Part shown: positions 1-12,600 of the stretch, piece by piece
Layout of the letters: every line of letters begins with the position of its first letter
Position numbering within the stretch: position 1 is the first letter of the stretch
From: Eledone cirrhosa
Taxonomy: Eukaryota
DNA length: 64,000 nucleotides
NCBI GenBank assembly: GCA_964016885.1
Contig: OZ024752.1
Coordinates: 17,236,001 to 17,300,000, forward strand
Reading direction: 5' to 3'
Notes under the pieces: generated by a model
The model's database searches: none
Seen by the model: the letters and a program-made list of their open reading frames with translations, nothing else
What the model was told of the DNA's origin: nothing
Made by a program: the position numbers and the translations under genes

Positions 1-625
1 CATCCATGTACATAATATGAAAGAGTAAAAACCCCAATAAAATGCAGGCATAACAGACCAGATATTATGATATGGGATAGGGAGAAGAAAGCATGCACAG
101 GAGTAGAAATTAGATGCCCAGCAGATGCCAATATAATATCAAAGATTAGTGAAAAGGAGAACATTTATGCAGAACTGATGAGAAATCTGCAGATACTCCA
201 CCCTGATTACACCTTCAGATTTATGCCTGCAATTATTGGGGTACTGGGATATGTTAGTAACTGCCTCAATACAAATCTTGAGAAGCTAGGCTTCACAGGA
301 ACAGAAAGAACACAACTAGTTAGGAAATTACAAGTACAATCCATTAATGGAACAGTAAAAATATGTAAAAAATTCCAAAATATTTGCATCTAATAACTGC
401 ATATACACATGTACAGATACAAAGCATATACACATGCACACATACAACTCAAAACGTACACATCCACACATACAATAACATCCATATCTACACACGCATG
501 CATACATACATATCTACCTAGTTGATGTTGTGTAAATTTCAATGAGGGAGTCTTGTGTCTATGTTAGAAACCGACTCTCTCTCTATTGGTAAAACTTTGT
601 GAAATTATAAAACCAGAAGAACATA
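1..625 (+). mobile_element. 3' fragment of an R4/Dong-type (restriction-like endonuclease) non-LTR retrotransposon with 3' UTR and (CATA)n tail
   Basis: Reads HNRPDIMIWDREKK..VEIRCP..E K..Y..L..IIGVLG, matching the RLE C-terminus of the element at 61475-62695 (HNRPDLVVVD..VDVACP..IVIGALG); near-identical copies at 45201-45900 (-) and 50752-51200 (+). Confidence 0.85.
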
Positions 626-639
626 CATACATACACACA

Positions 640-1215
640 TGATGGCTGTCCCCTTGTTATCGAGTATGGCCATTGCACGATATACTATTATTAATAACTA
701 TCAATTAATTCTATCGTGCAATGCCTGTGCGTGAGGAAACACTGTGCACTGAGCCAATCCCGCTCTCTGAGCGACAGTAGCTATAACCCAAAAAGAAGAA
801 AAGATCAACATCATCGGTAACTACTGAGCCGCAGGTTTTATATGTGAGTTATCCCAGCTTCCTGAATTGCCTTCTCCTAGAAGAATTCCCCGACAAAGGC
901 TAGGGGTCCTTCACTCCCAGTGGTTTAACCAAGCGGTACATGTGTATATACATATTTACACAATTTCGGATGGCCGTTGACTCTTATGAGTTCTTCCGCC
1001 CTTTGTCAGGTTTTGTTTTTTGTCCTGCAGGGTGTCAAAAATCCTCCTCCTCACCAAGTAAACTTGGTGGGGTTGCCGGTTTAGTCGCCGACGACCCGAC
1101 CATGCGACAGGTTGTACTGGGTTACATGTTACCAGTAGCACTCAAGAGTAACCCGACATACACACATACATGATGGCTGCCCCTCGTTATCGAGTATGGC
1201 CATTGCACAAGGAAA
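640..1215 (-). mobile_element. Non-coding RTE-derived pieces: 5'-end segments plus two copies of a 3' stem-loop/(TATG)n tail
   Basis: 960-1160 is the reverse complement of 43614-43800 and 44568-44745; 700-940 recurs at 5520-5760; motif GGCCATACTCGATAACGAGGGGCAGCCATC-(ATGT)n on - at ~641-680 and ~1171-1210 resembles the 3' ends at 43263-43300, 44479-44515 and 45097-45130. Confidence 0.6.
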
Positions 1216-1359
1216 AAAAAAATGAAATAAAATAAAATAATAATAATAATAATAATAAATAAAAAAAAAAAAAGAAATATATATATATATATATATATAT
1301 ACATACATATATACACACATACATACACATACACACACACATATACACACACACATACA

Positions 1360-1580
1360 TTAATAACAATAATAATAATAATAATAATAGCAATAATAAT
1401 AATAACGACAACAACAATAATGTTTTCTTTATTAACCACAAGGGTTCACATAATGTAGACATTAAGGACAGTACAGGACAATACAGGACGGTACAAATGG
1501 GCATTTCTGCGTGTAAAAAAACAGAGGTTGAAATAAAATAACAAAGAAAAATTCCCCAATACGGGGGAGACTTCCAAGGT
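1360..1580 (-). mobile_element. 3' UTR fragment of a Tx1/L1-like LINE with (TTA)n tail
   Basis: 1420-1580 closely matches 62800-62960, which lies downstream of the Tx1-like ORF at 63051. Confidence 0.7.
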
Positions 1581-1659
1581 TCGACAACAACAATAATAAT
1601 ATACATATTCATATATATATACACACACACGCACGCACATAAGCATATCTACACACACA

Positions 1660-4600
1660 CACACGATAGCAACTAACAGTACTGCGATCGAATGTGGCTT
1701 TTTAGCCCAGCCAATGATCTAAAATGTCTTGCACAGAGTCGGCAACCAAAACATTCACTGGGAATAGTCGGCTGTGGTTGGAGTTCGTGTACTTTTGCAT
1801 GTCGCTTGAGCCCTCCTGCTGATTTACATTCTCTACCACATGTTTGGCAAGCATGATGAGTAGCATCTCCAACAGCAGCCTGGTAGTCAACCACTGGTCT
1901 TACTTTGACTGCGAAGATGACTTTCGAGTCCAGCTTTGCTTAGGCAGAGTCTCGCACAGACGCTGCATGTCAGCACCATAGGAGGACCCTCGCCGCCTGG
2001 AAGTGCAACAGCAATGCCCTTCCTCACATCCCGCTTTACCTTCTCGTGTGCGATTCGAGATGCCTCAAAGGCAACTTTTCCCTCATATACAGTCTTTCTC
2101 CATTTATTACGATCAGCAGCAATATTCTCCCATGTATCAGCAGAGATGTTAGCGTCTTTCAGAGAGGCTTTCAAGGAATCCGTATACCTCTTTTTTGGTT
2201 TATGTGGCGGTCGTTTTCCTTTAACCAACTCTCCATAGAAGAGTTGTTTTGGTATTCTAGAATCCTTCATCCTGGCAAGGTGACCACTCCAACGGAGTTG
2301 TTGCTTAAGCACAAGAGCTTCTATACTGTCACACATAGAGCTTTCCAAAATCTCGACATCACTGATGTGGTCCCTCCAGTGAACGCCATGGATCCGTCTG
2401 AGACACATCTGATGGAAACGCTCCAATTTCTTAAGGTGGCGTCGATATGTGACCCAGGTCTCGCAGGCATAAAGAAGACAAGAGAGTACACATGCCCTGT
2501 ACACCTTTACCTTTGTCCTCCTGCATATGTCTCGCCGACCCCCAGAGTCGCCTTTCTAGCTTTCCGAAAGCATCACTTGCTTTCCTAATCCTAAGTGAGA
2601 TTTCACCGTCAAGGTTGCCGTATCGATTGACAGTGCTTCCCAGGTAGACAAACTGATCAACCACTCCAAGTCGTTTGCCATACACATAGATGTTTGGTTC
2701 AGTGTATTGCTTACTAGGGGCAGGTTGGTACATGACGACGGTTTTCTTGAGACTGACAGTCAAACCCAGGGCAGTGCAAGCGTTAGAAAATGCATTCAAA
2801 ATGTGCTGCATATCACTCTCTGTGTGCGCTACAAGATCTCAATCATCTGCATACAAGAGGTCTCTTATGATTGATGTAAATACTTTTGTCTTCGCAGCAA
2901 AGCGCCTGATGTTAAATATGCTGCCTGAGGTTCGATATCGGATGTAAACACCATGCTCGCAATTCCTGAATGCAATACAGAAAACCATTGCAAAGTATAT
3001 GGCAAACAGGGACGGTGCTGGAATATCCCCCTGTTTCACTCCATTTTTTACTGAGATAGGCTCCGACATGTTACCTCCGACATTAACCCAAGCCTTCATG
3101 TCGTCATGGAAAGACCTAACTAAAGCAAGGAACTTATCAGGACAACCAAGTTTCTGGAGAACCTTCCATAATGCATCTCTGTTGACAGTATCGAAAGCCT
3201 TTGTCAGATCGAGAAAAACCTGATACAGATCCAAGCCTTGTTGAATGCACTTCTGGAGCTGTCTAGCTGAGAAGATCATATCAGTAGTGCCGCGTCCAGC
3301 ACGAAAACCAAATTGACTTTCAGGAAGAACACAATCTGCAATGTGTGTCAGCAGACGGTCCAGAAGCACCCTACATAAAACTTTCCCTACGACAGAAAGC
3401 AATGATATACCTCTGTAGTTCCCACAATCATTCCTGTTACCCTTTCCCTTGTACAAGACCACCATTACTGCATCTCTCCAGTCCTCAGGTACGGATTCAT
3501 TAGCCCATATCCTTCCAAACAAAGAGTGAAGATGTTGCAGGAGTCTCTCACCACCATATTGTAGGAGCTCAGCATGTATGCCATCCATACCTGGAGACCT
3601 TCCACTGTTCAGCTTCGAGATAGCCGCCGCAACCTCCACAAGCGTCGGAGGTTCTGCGAAAGCTACTTTCACAGGACTTTCCGGAATGAGATTGAGGAAA
3701 TCTTCATTGACGACAGACGGCTGATTCAAAAGATCATCAAAGTGCTCTCGCCACCTTCGTAGAATTCCTTGTGAGTCACGAAGAAGTTCTTTGCCATCCT
3801 TGCTGCGAGGCGGTGTCACCAGAGAAGAAGACGGTCCATAAACTTCACGCAAGAGACTGTACAACAGTTTTGTGTTATTGGAATCTGACGCAGTTTGTAT
3901 CTCATCAGCCTTCTCACTCCACCACTTATCCTTCATCTGAGAAAGACTCCGCCTAACACGTGATTTTACATCCTTGAGTTCCTTATGCAACATATTCTTC
4001 TCCTGTGGTTTTGCCGTCAAGTAGCGTGACAGAGCACACCTCTTATCAGCCAACAAGTCTTCTATATGTATATCATTCTCATTAAACCAGTCCTGATGTT
4101 TTCTCTGCACCAATCCCAGAACACGCCCGCCTACATCATAAACCGAATTTTTAAGGGTCGGCCAATCCTCACCAAGATCTGCAACCTGCATCTCTTCTTC
4201 CAATGTCCTCTTCACATTTTTATCGTTAAGACGAGCAGCATTCAATCTTTTGGGCAGGGCAACACTAGGAGCCCGGATTTTACGTTTAGTGATTAGTTTC
4301 ACCTTTGCGCGTACCAGGCGGTGGTCCGCCCAGCACTCAGCTCCATGAAGAGCACGAACACACTGCACATCCTGTCTGTCACGCATCCTGACTAGGACGT
4401 AGTCCAAAAGATGCCATTCCTTAGATGCAGGATGCATCCATATGGTCTTGAATTTGTTCTTTTGTTGGAACATGGTGTTGGTAATACACAGATCCAGCTC
4501 CTCACACATCTGCAGCAGGAGCATACCATTGTTGTTACACTTTCCCACCCCATGCATTCCGATTACATTCCATGTGTTAAAATCCCTACCCACTCTAGCA

Positions 4601-5220
4601 TTAAAGTCACCAAGCACTATGACTTTGTCTGCCTGAGGGATATTTCTTAGAACACCTTTCAAGGCATGGTAAAAGGACATTTTTTCTTAATCGACAGAAT
4701 TCATAGTTGGAGCATACACACTCACCAGGGTAGCATATCTTCCCTTGTCCAGCGGAAATCTCATGGACATAAGACGCTCACTAATCCCTACTGGGAACTC
4801 TTCTAATTTATTCACAAGTACAGTCTTAACAGCAAATCCTACCCCAGCCTCTCTTCTGGTTCCTTCATCTCTTCCTTTCCAGAAGAATGTATATTCTCCA
4901 CAAAATCCCGTAAGATGACCATCTCCAGCTAACCTCGTCACAGATAAAGCCACGATGTCAAGATCGTAACGTCGAAGCTCCTTTGCAACAAGAGCGGTCC
5001 TTCGTTCAGGACGCTCCGAAGAATCCCTGTCAAGCAGCGTCCGTACGTTCCAGCAGCCAAGACTAAATGCCCTGTTTGGCTCTATTACAATGGCACGATG
5101 ACGAGCGGGCCCAGGCTGTGATAACTTGGGGCCCCTGCCCTTATTGCCAATGATCTTTTTTGTTCCAGAACCTAAATTGCCAATTATCTCTTTTACATTG
5201 TTCTGGAACATCATTGAATT
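1660..5220 (-). mobile_element. Near full-length, inactivated RTE-clade LINE (APE endonuclease, RT, three C-terminal C2H2-like fingers)
   Basis: ORFs 4687-5214 (GCWNVRTL, GVGF, SVYAPT), 2839-4680 (LGDFNARVG, DHRLV, YRGISLL, DLTKAFDTV, GVKQG, LLYADD), 2431-2811, 1887-2504, 1673-1894; in-frame stops at ~4688 and ~2840, frameshifts near 2520 and 1890. Confidence 0.95.
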
Positions 5221-5282
5221 GGGGAAAAAAAAAAAAAGAAAAAAAAGTAATAATAATAGTAATAATAATAATAATAATAATA

Positions 5283-5469
5283 ATTGTTTCTACTTTTTGG
5301 CACAAGGCCAGCAATTACCCAGTACATTACTGGTACTTTATTTTATCGACCCCGTAAGGATGAAAGGCAAAGTGAACCTCGGCGGGATTTGAACTCAGAC
5401 CGTAAAGGGACGTAACTATGCTGGAAAGCATGACGTCCGACTCTCTACCGATACTGCCAATCCATCGCC

Positions 5470-5470
<1 letters not shown>
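5283..5470 (-). mobile_element. tRNA-derived SINE
   Basis: On -: A-box-like TGGCAGTATCGG, B box GTTCAAATCC, conserved core GCCTTTCATCCTTACGGGGTCGATAAAATAAAGTACCAG, (TTA)n tail; same family at 21675, 24320, 38844, 42710, 48310. Confidence 0.85.
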
Positions 5471-5500
<30 letters not shown>

Positions 5501-5935
5501 GTACACTATTAATAATTATTAATGCACTCGTGCAATGCCTATGCGTGACGAATATTTTTAAAGTGAGGAAAGACTGTGCACTGAGCCAATCCCACTCTTT
5601 GAGCTATAACCCGAAAAGAAGAAAAGATCAACATCATCGGTAACTACTGAGTCGAAGGTTTTATATCGGAGTTAACCCAGTTTCCTGAGATGCCTTCTCC
5701 TAGAAGAATGCCCTGAAAAGGGCTAGGGGTTCTTCACTCCCAGTGGTTTAACTGCGCGATCGGGCATCCAGCCCGATTATTTCTATGTCCCCGCGCGAAA
5801 AAAAAAAAAAAAAAAAAGAACACTTATTGACACTTATACGTACGACATACACACACACGCATACATATGCGCGCGCACAGCAACACTCATACATACAAAT
5901 AAACACACACACACGCTACTCTACTCACTTACACG

Positions 5936-6010
<75 letters not shown>

Positions 6011-6589
6011 TACCGTCATTACTGATACAAGATTACAAGATTATGTCAACTGTTGACTTTCAAGAGTTTGTATAGTTGAAGCCGATCGTATTACAGTCCA
6101 GTATTATTATAATTGCTTTACAGCATAGAGTTATGGCTCCCCACGCTCTGAGCTCAAATTCCGTCGAGGTCAACCTTGCCCTTCATCCCCGCGGAGTCAA
6201 CAAAAGAGAGTACCAGTGATGCGCTGGACAGTCGCTGGATCCGTGCCAAAAGCAGAAAAATTATTATTAAAGTTGTTTTCTTAAGGCCCGGTCGCTGGTG
6301 ATGGTGATGGCGGCGGCGGTGGCGGTGGTGGTGGCAGTTGATGTTGTTGTGTGTGTGTGTGTGTTTTGTTATTTTGAGTTTTTTTGTTTTTTTTTCCCCT
6401 TTTCTTTTCTTTTCTTTTCCCTTCCTTTTTTTATGTTTTGATGCCGCTGTTGTTGTTGTTGTAAATGTTCATTTCAGTTCATTCTGAAGCTGTTGTTGCT
6501 GTAAACATTAGTGCCGGTGTTGTTGTTGTTGTAGATGTTGGGGTTGAAATCTGGTCGTTTGACTGAGTGATGTATATATTTTTCTTTTA

Positions 6590-8121
6590 TTTGCCACTAG
6601 GGCATCAAAAGTGGGACAAGTACAAAGGGGGGAGTTTACACAAAAAGGCGTCCTCAATAAGGAGGAGGCAATAACAAAATATAAAAATAAAATAAGATAT
6701 AACAAAAATAAAATTTTTAACAAAATCCTCAATAGAGAGGAGGCGCCTTGGGGGGTCGCACACACCCCCGAAAAAAGTGTGCAACCCTTTTCCTCAGGAG
6801 CACAGAGAGGGGGTGCTCCCTCGTTCCTTCCTCTTTTCCACCTACAGGCTTATGTAAAGAGAAGGCCCATTCACACGGGCCATTCTCGCCACTTTCACCC
6901 ACCTTTCATAAAAACGACTGGGGTGCAGCACCTCTCTCTCCATCCTGATCCTTCTTCCGAAATGATATCGGAAGAAACGGACCAGTTGTTGGCCAGAGAG
7001 AAAGGTGCCTGACCTCAGTCCTTTCAGACGCGTCCACCATACAACCTCTTTCGCCATGGCTATTACGCACAGAAACACCGCCTCTGCTTCATCTTTGAAG
7101 GGGGGAGGCGGCTTGATCATTACAATAGACTCGGTGGTCAACCGGATCGGTCCCACCCTTGACAGCAGTTGTTCGACATAGCCCCACAGATCGGCTACGC
7201 CCGAGCAGTGTACCAATGCGTGTGCAACGGTTTCCTCGTCGCACACGCATCTGGGACAGATCTTTTTGGCGGGGTCCCTACCCGGGCGCCCGTGTCTGTA
7301 GAGCCTTTCTCGAACGGGTAAAGCCCCTCGGTAGCACTGCCAGGCCAGGGACTTCTGGAAGTTGTCCATAGGTCCCGGGCTGAATGTCCTACCGAACAGG
7401 CTGGCCAGTTCGTCCTCCTCCATGTCTAGGGCTTCTCCGAGGGCGTCGTCGCACCTGCTGCGTACCAGCCCTCTATAGAATGTTGCGGTGGAGTCTCCAC
7501 TGATAACCGGATCCGCCTGCCAGAGGGCGGTGAGCGCCTGGGCACACTCAGTGTGCCAGGCGCCCAGTTTTCTCGGTCTTTGCTTGACCCAGGATTGCAG
7601 CTCGGTGAGTGAGACGAGTCTGGGAAAGGTTCGTCTCACAAACGAGGCCCACACCGGTTGTCCGGTGAGGAATACGTAGAGGTGCCGTAGCCTTAATGCG
7701 TGTTTACGCATCATTAGCCACGGCATCCCCAGCCCTCCTTTCGAAGGGTGTTGACAGCAGATGGATCTCCTCACCATAGGAGCCCGCCCCTTCCAAAGGA
7801 ATTGGAAGAGCGCGCGCTCCATCTTGGTGAGGGTTTCCCTTGGGCAGGGCACTACGGTCAGGCGGTAGTAGATGACGGACGCTATATAAGTGTTCGCCAC
7901 CTCCGCCCGACCTTTCAGGGATAGTTTGCAACTGGCCCACTTCTGGGTCAGTGCAAACACCCTGTTCGTAACCTCCGCCCAGTTTTTCTCCACCTGGAGG
8001 TCCGGTCCGAACCAGACCCCGAGCAACTTCACCGGGCCCTCCGTCCAGCGTCCGACGACGCCATCGGAGGGCATCGGTCTGCCCCTCCACGTGCCGAGTT
8101 GCAAACCGATCGACTTGTCCC
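6590..8121 (-). mobile_element. 5'-truncated Tx1/L1-clade LINE (ORF2 C-terminal half and 3' UTR)
   Basis: ORF 6842-8194: KLLGVWF, LSLKGRAEVAN, GGLG, zf-RVT-like CPRC..ETVAHALVHC; the ORF N-terminus beyond ~8121 is microsatellite; related copy at 63051-64000. Confidence 0.9.
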
Positions 8122-8938
8122 GATATACACACATATACATACACACACACATATATATATATACACATTCAACATACAGTAGAGAGTTTGACAACAGGTC
8201 GATGACTTTAGTCTAGATAGGGTATGGTATGGTAATGACATGTGACGATGGGGAGAGAGTGTAGACGTTATTGTGGTGGTGGGGACAGTGAGATGTATCT
8301 AGTTCATTTGACCGTTTTCTTCTCTTAGCAAAATTTGAATTTTAGCCATGTTATATTTAGATGTAAGTAAATGTAAAATGTAAAATATAAATAAGGATTG
8401 CTCTGCTAAAATATACTAAAATATTTGTGTAACTTCCACAAACTTCTGTCGTGTCATTCCCGAGTCAAGTGACCAAAAAATTGTTGTATTTTGATATTTC
8501 AGAATACAAAAATTAATTAAAAACTTACCCCACGAAAAGACAGCGTGTGTTGTCCTATCTATAAGCTCCCTCACATATCTACATACATACATACATACAT
8601 ACATACATACATACATACATACATACATACATACATACATACATACATACATACATACTGGAATGCATTAATTTCATGTATTTTTGTGTGCATGTCTATT
8701 TGTGCGCGCATATATAAAGTGAGTTTAGAGTTGACTTTACCTGTAATTTGTGTTTTACAATTCATGCTTAGATGCACCTTGGTAAGTAGAGATCAGATAC
8801 GTTATTAATAATGGACAACCTCAATCATTAGGTAACATCTGTTCACTGATCTTTTCGATGAATGCCATTTCTTTAAATACAACACGTATTACATAGTGAC
8901 ACAGTTGACATGTACATTATTGTTATCATATTTGCACA

Positions 8939-8977
<39 letters not shown>

Positions 8978-9009
8978 ACGCACACACACACGCACTCCCC
9001 CCAGCACGC

Positions 9010-9042
<33 letters not shown>

Positions 9043-9109
9043 CACATACACAAACACATATGTATAGTGACAGCACTCCTCCTCTCTCCTCTCTCTGCCC
9101 CTCTCTCTC

Positions 9110-9193
<84 letters not shown>

Positions 9194-9205
9194 GGAACCA
9201 GTAAG

Positions 9206-9299
9206 ACCCCGACAGCTGAGCTCAAGCCGTTTCGACGGCTAATTCTGGACTAAATGAAAATTTATCCTGGTATTTAAATAGCCGATCTTCTCAAGGGGT
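9206..9299 (-). ncRNA. Type I hammerhead ribozyme with variant U3:A8 core
   Basis: - strand: ACCCC-UUGAGAA-GA(U)CGGCUA...UAGCCGUC-GAAA-CGGCU-ugagcuc-AGCUG-UC-GGGGU; stems I, II and III all pair; GUC cleavage triplet. Confidence 0.75.
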
Positions 9300-10438
9300 A
9301 ATTCCATATATGGTCAAAGTGATTGTCAAAAATCAGTAGTAATTCTGTGGTTGCAAATTAGTAGGGGAGATGGTGGCTAAACCTGCCAGTAGGAGAAAGA
9401 GGGGAGGTGGTGGAGTAGACCCAATCAAGCGTTGGTAGTGCCAGCTACAGCTGGGCATGAGGTCAAAGAAGATACAGGGGAGGGGGAGGGGGAGGAAGTC
9501 GGAACGGTAGGTAGAACAATGGGGGGTAGAAATATATAGGAAAGAAAAAATACTGAGAGTGAAGAAAAGCAAATAAGTGTAAAGAAAAACGTAAAGTAAA
9601 TTAAATTCTACGACCTAGGTGTCAGGCTATTGTTAGGCTAGAATAAATAAATAAAGAAAGAAAGAAAGAAGTAAAGAAAGAAATAAAGAAATAACGAAAT
9701 AGGTAAAAGAACTAGGTGGGACGGATAGGCAAGGACCCTTTTAAGAGGTATAAGTACGTAAATGATACGGTGACGGGTCAACAAAAGGGGCCAAAATACT
9801 AAAGAGACTACCACGAAATAAACAATAAAGGTTTCCATCCCGGGCACAATGCCAGCAACCACCCAGTGCAGCAAAGTGAACTAGTACGAGATAATAATTC
9901 TGAGTCCCGAGAAAAATATATACTAATGCTAACTCTAAAAGATCTAAAACAAGCTACATGAAAGTTCGTACGAAGTAAAGGTAGAATACGGAAAAATAAA
10001 TTCAGAATCGCGAAGAAAGAAATACTGAAACGAAAAAATAAGGCATAAGTGCCACTAAGAAATATAGAGGGCACAGAGAATAGTGGGAGCGGTCGGAAAA
10101 AGGGGACAAGTATCCGGGGTCTAAACCAACTGCTATAAAGGGCGGAGTCCGCCAAATCTATCATAGACTAGGGGAGGGGGTGGGGGTACTAAGGCTACAA
10201 GGGGCCAAAGGGCAGCCTCGGGTGGGCGAGAAAAGACGCCGACAAAGGAGAAGAGCTGGGGTAGAAGGACTAAGGAGAGAGGGGGGAAGGAAATAAAGGA
10301 AGCGATAAAAGAATACAAAGAAGATCTTACGTCTCCCTTGGCAAGCAGGGGTTACCCATTGCAAAATCGGCAAGTGGGGTGTTATAGCCCTAGTCTACCC
10401 CCCGGGTCATTATACAAATATATATATATATATATATT

Positions 10439-10526
<88 letters not shown>

Positions 10527-10635
10527 TATAATATATAATATATGTAGTAATAAACACAGTAAATTGTGTGTCTAAAATTACGAGGGCTGAGATACCACAT
10601 TGGTTTGACAAATTTAACCTGCAGCAAACGGAAAA

Positions 10636-11110
10636 TCTATGTATGTAAAACAGGTGTCTGTCTGTCTGTTTGTGTAACCGCATGAATTTCTACATTTTAC
10701 ATAGGTTTCTGAAGTCCTATTACGCGTCGTAGGCTATTTTATTTTTCCGTACCTCGATTGTGGGGTCCCCCAGTGGCAGGTAACCCCCTTAAGCCTCTCG
10801 ATTGGAGTCAGCAGCACTACTGCATAAAGGCCCCATAATTCCTGCAGTTTGTCTCCCATCTTCACCAAAATTAATCTTTTGTTTACTTATGGCTTACAAA
10901 TAAATTTGCAGGCATGCACTTGCGCAGAAATTCAGGTAGGGGACCCCTTGGGGGCAGTAAACCGACTTGATGAATGTTGAAGTGGATATCATCAATGGAA
11001 CAAAACGTCATAACTGCTTCAGTTGGTGTTTGGTTTTCACGAAGCGAGACGTATTGGTTACCAATGGCTTATAAAGGAAGGTGATCACATGAACTTTTAC
11101 TTGAACTTAT
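10636..11110 (+). mobile_element. Probable 5' part of a non-autonomous Helitron
   Basis: A|TCTATGTATGTAAAA followed by (TGTC)n, like the Helitron 5' end at 49333; no 3' CTAG end found. Confidence 0.4.
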
Positions 11111-11174
11111 CAAGACGTAAAATAAGAAAATTTCAAAAAATTTTTTAAAAATTAACTTACTTACTAAAATTTTC

Positions 11175-11256
11175 ACTCCAACTAATTAGTTTCTGCAATG
11201 GGATAAAGACAGCTACGTAATATAACTGTCGAGAATTCATTGCGTCATCAGGGAGT
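11175..11256 (-). ncRNA. Type I hammerhead ribozyme (inverted copy)
   Basis: Reverse complement of the motif at 12157-12238. Confidence 0.85.
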
Positions 11257-12156
11257 CTATTCTCAGCTAAGTCTCCAGGCAATGCGCGGACACTGGGGGC
11301 TCATATAAAAATAATAATAATTCGGTAGATGGAACAGCTAGCGGGGACTGGATTCCATGTACTGAAAAGCTCGCTGTCTCTGGTCAAATGGCAGATTCTA
11401 AAGAATCAATCACGTGACACTGAGGCTAGTCGGTAGGAGTGGGAAGGTAAGATGACAGAAGCCTACTATCACACCAATAAATTAGTAGTGGTTTTGGCAG
11501 GTTTGCTAAAAAAATAAGTAATTTGGAGATAAATATAGAGAATTTAGTATATCTACTAACATATGCGTACAGATGTACGCTAATGCCAGCAAATACACAG
11601 GTTAACGCAATGACGCAGATGACGCAATGAATTCTCGACAGTTATATTACGTAACTGTCTTTATCCCATTGCAGAAACTAATTAGTTGGAGTGAAAATTA
11701 TAGTAAGTAAGTTAATTTAAAAAAAAAATTTTTAAATTTTCTTATTTTACGTCTTTTATATTATTGTTCTGCATCCTCCTGCATTGAACCACCTAGGTAC
11801 TATGACTTAACCTGTGTATTTGCTGGCATTAGCGTACATCTGTACGCATATGTTAGTAGATATACTAAATTCTCTATATTTATCTCCAAATTACTTATTT
11901 GTTGAGCAAACCTGCCAAAACCACTACTAATTTATTGGTGTGATAGTAGGCCTCTGTCATCTTACCATCCCACTCCCTACCGACTAGCCTCAGTGTCACG
12001 TGATTGATTCTTTAGAATCTGCCATTTGACCAGAGACAGCGAGCTTTTCAGTACATGGAATCCAGTCGCCGCTAGCTGTTCCATCTACCTAATTATTATT
12101 ATTTTTATATGAGTCCCCAGTGTCCGCGCATTGCCTGGAGACTTAGCTGAGAATAG

Positions 12157-12238
12157 ACTCCCTGATGACGCAATGAATTCTCGACAGTTATATTACGTAA
12201 CTGTCTTTATCCCATTGCAGAAACTAATTAGTTGGAGT
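12157..12238 (+). ncRNA. Type I hammerhead ribozyme with extended stem II
   Basis: ACUCC-CUGAUGA-c-GCAAUG..GACAGUUA-loop-UAACUGUC..CAUUGC-a-GAAA-CUAAUUAG-UU-GGAGU; palindromic stem III ACUAAUUAGU; GUU triplet. Confidence 0.9.
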
Positions 12239-12427
12239 GAAAATTTTAGTAAGTAAGTTAATTTAAAAAAATTTTTTTTAATTTTCTTATTTTACGTCTT
12301 TTATATTATTGTTCTGCATCCTCCTGCATTGAACCACCTAGGTACTATGACATAACCTGTGTATTTGCTGGCATTAGCGTACATATGTGCGCATATGTTA
12401 GTAGATATACTAAATTCTCTCTCTTTC

Positions 12428-12554
<127 letters not shown>

Positions 12555-12600
12555 CTACATATATATTACTACATATATATATTACTACATATATATATAT

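Larger units (their letters stand above)
11113..12420. mobile_element. Non-coding hammerhead element: inverted copy (11113-11605) plus ~1.5 tandem units of 546 bp (11618-12420)
   Basis: GATGACGCAATGAATTCTCG at 11618 and 12164 (period 546); 11113-11605 is a reverse-complement copy of the unit; no real ORF. Confidence 0.85.

Noticed and set aside
8416-9204. YIYI/CVCV/HTHT/MYVC ORFs here and throughout the window
   Set aside because: Stop-free frames of (TA)n, (CA)n and (CATA)n repeats.
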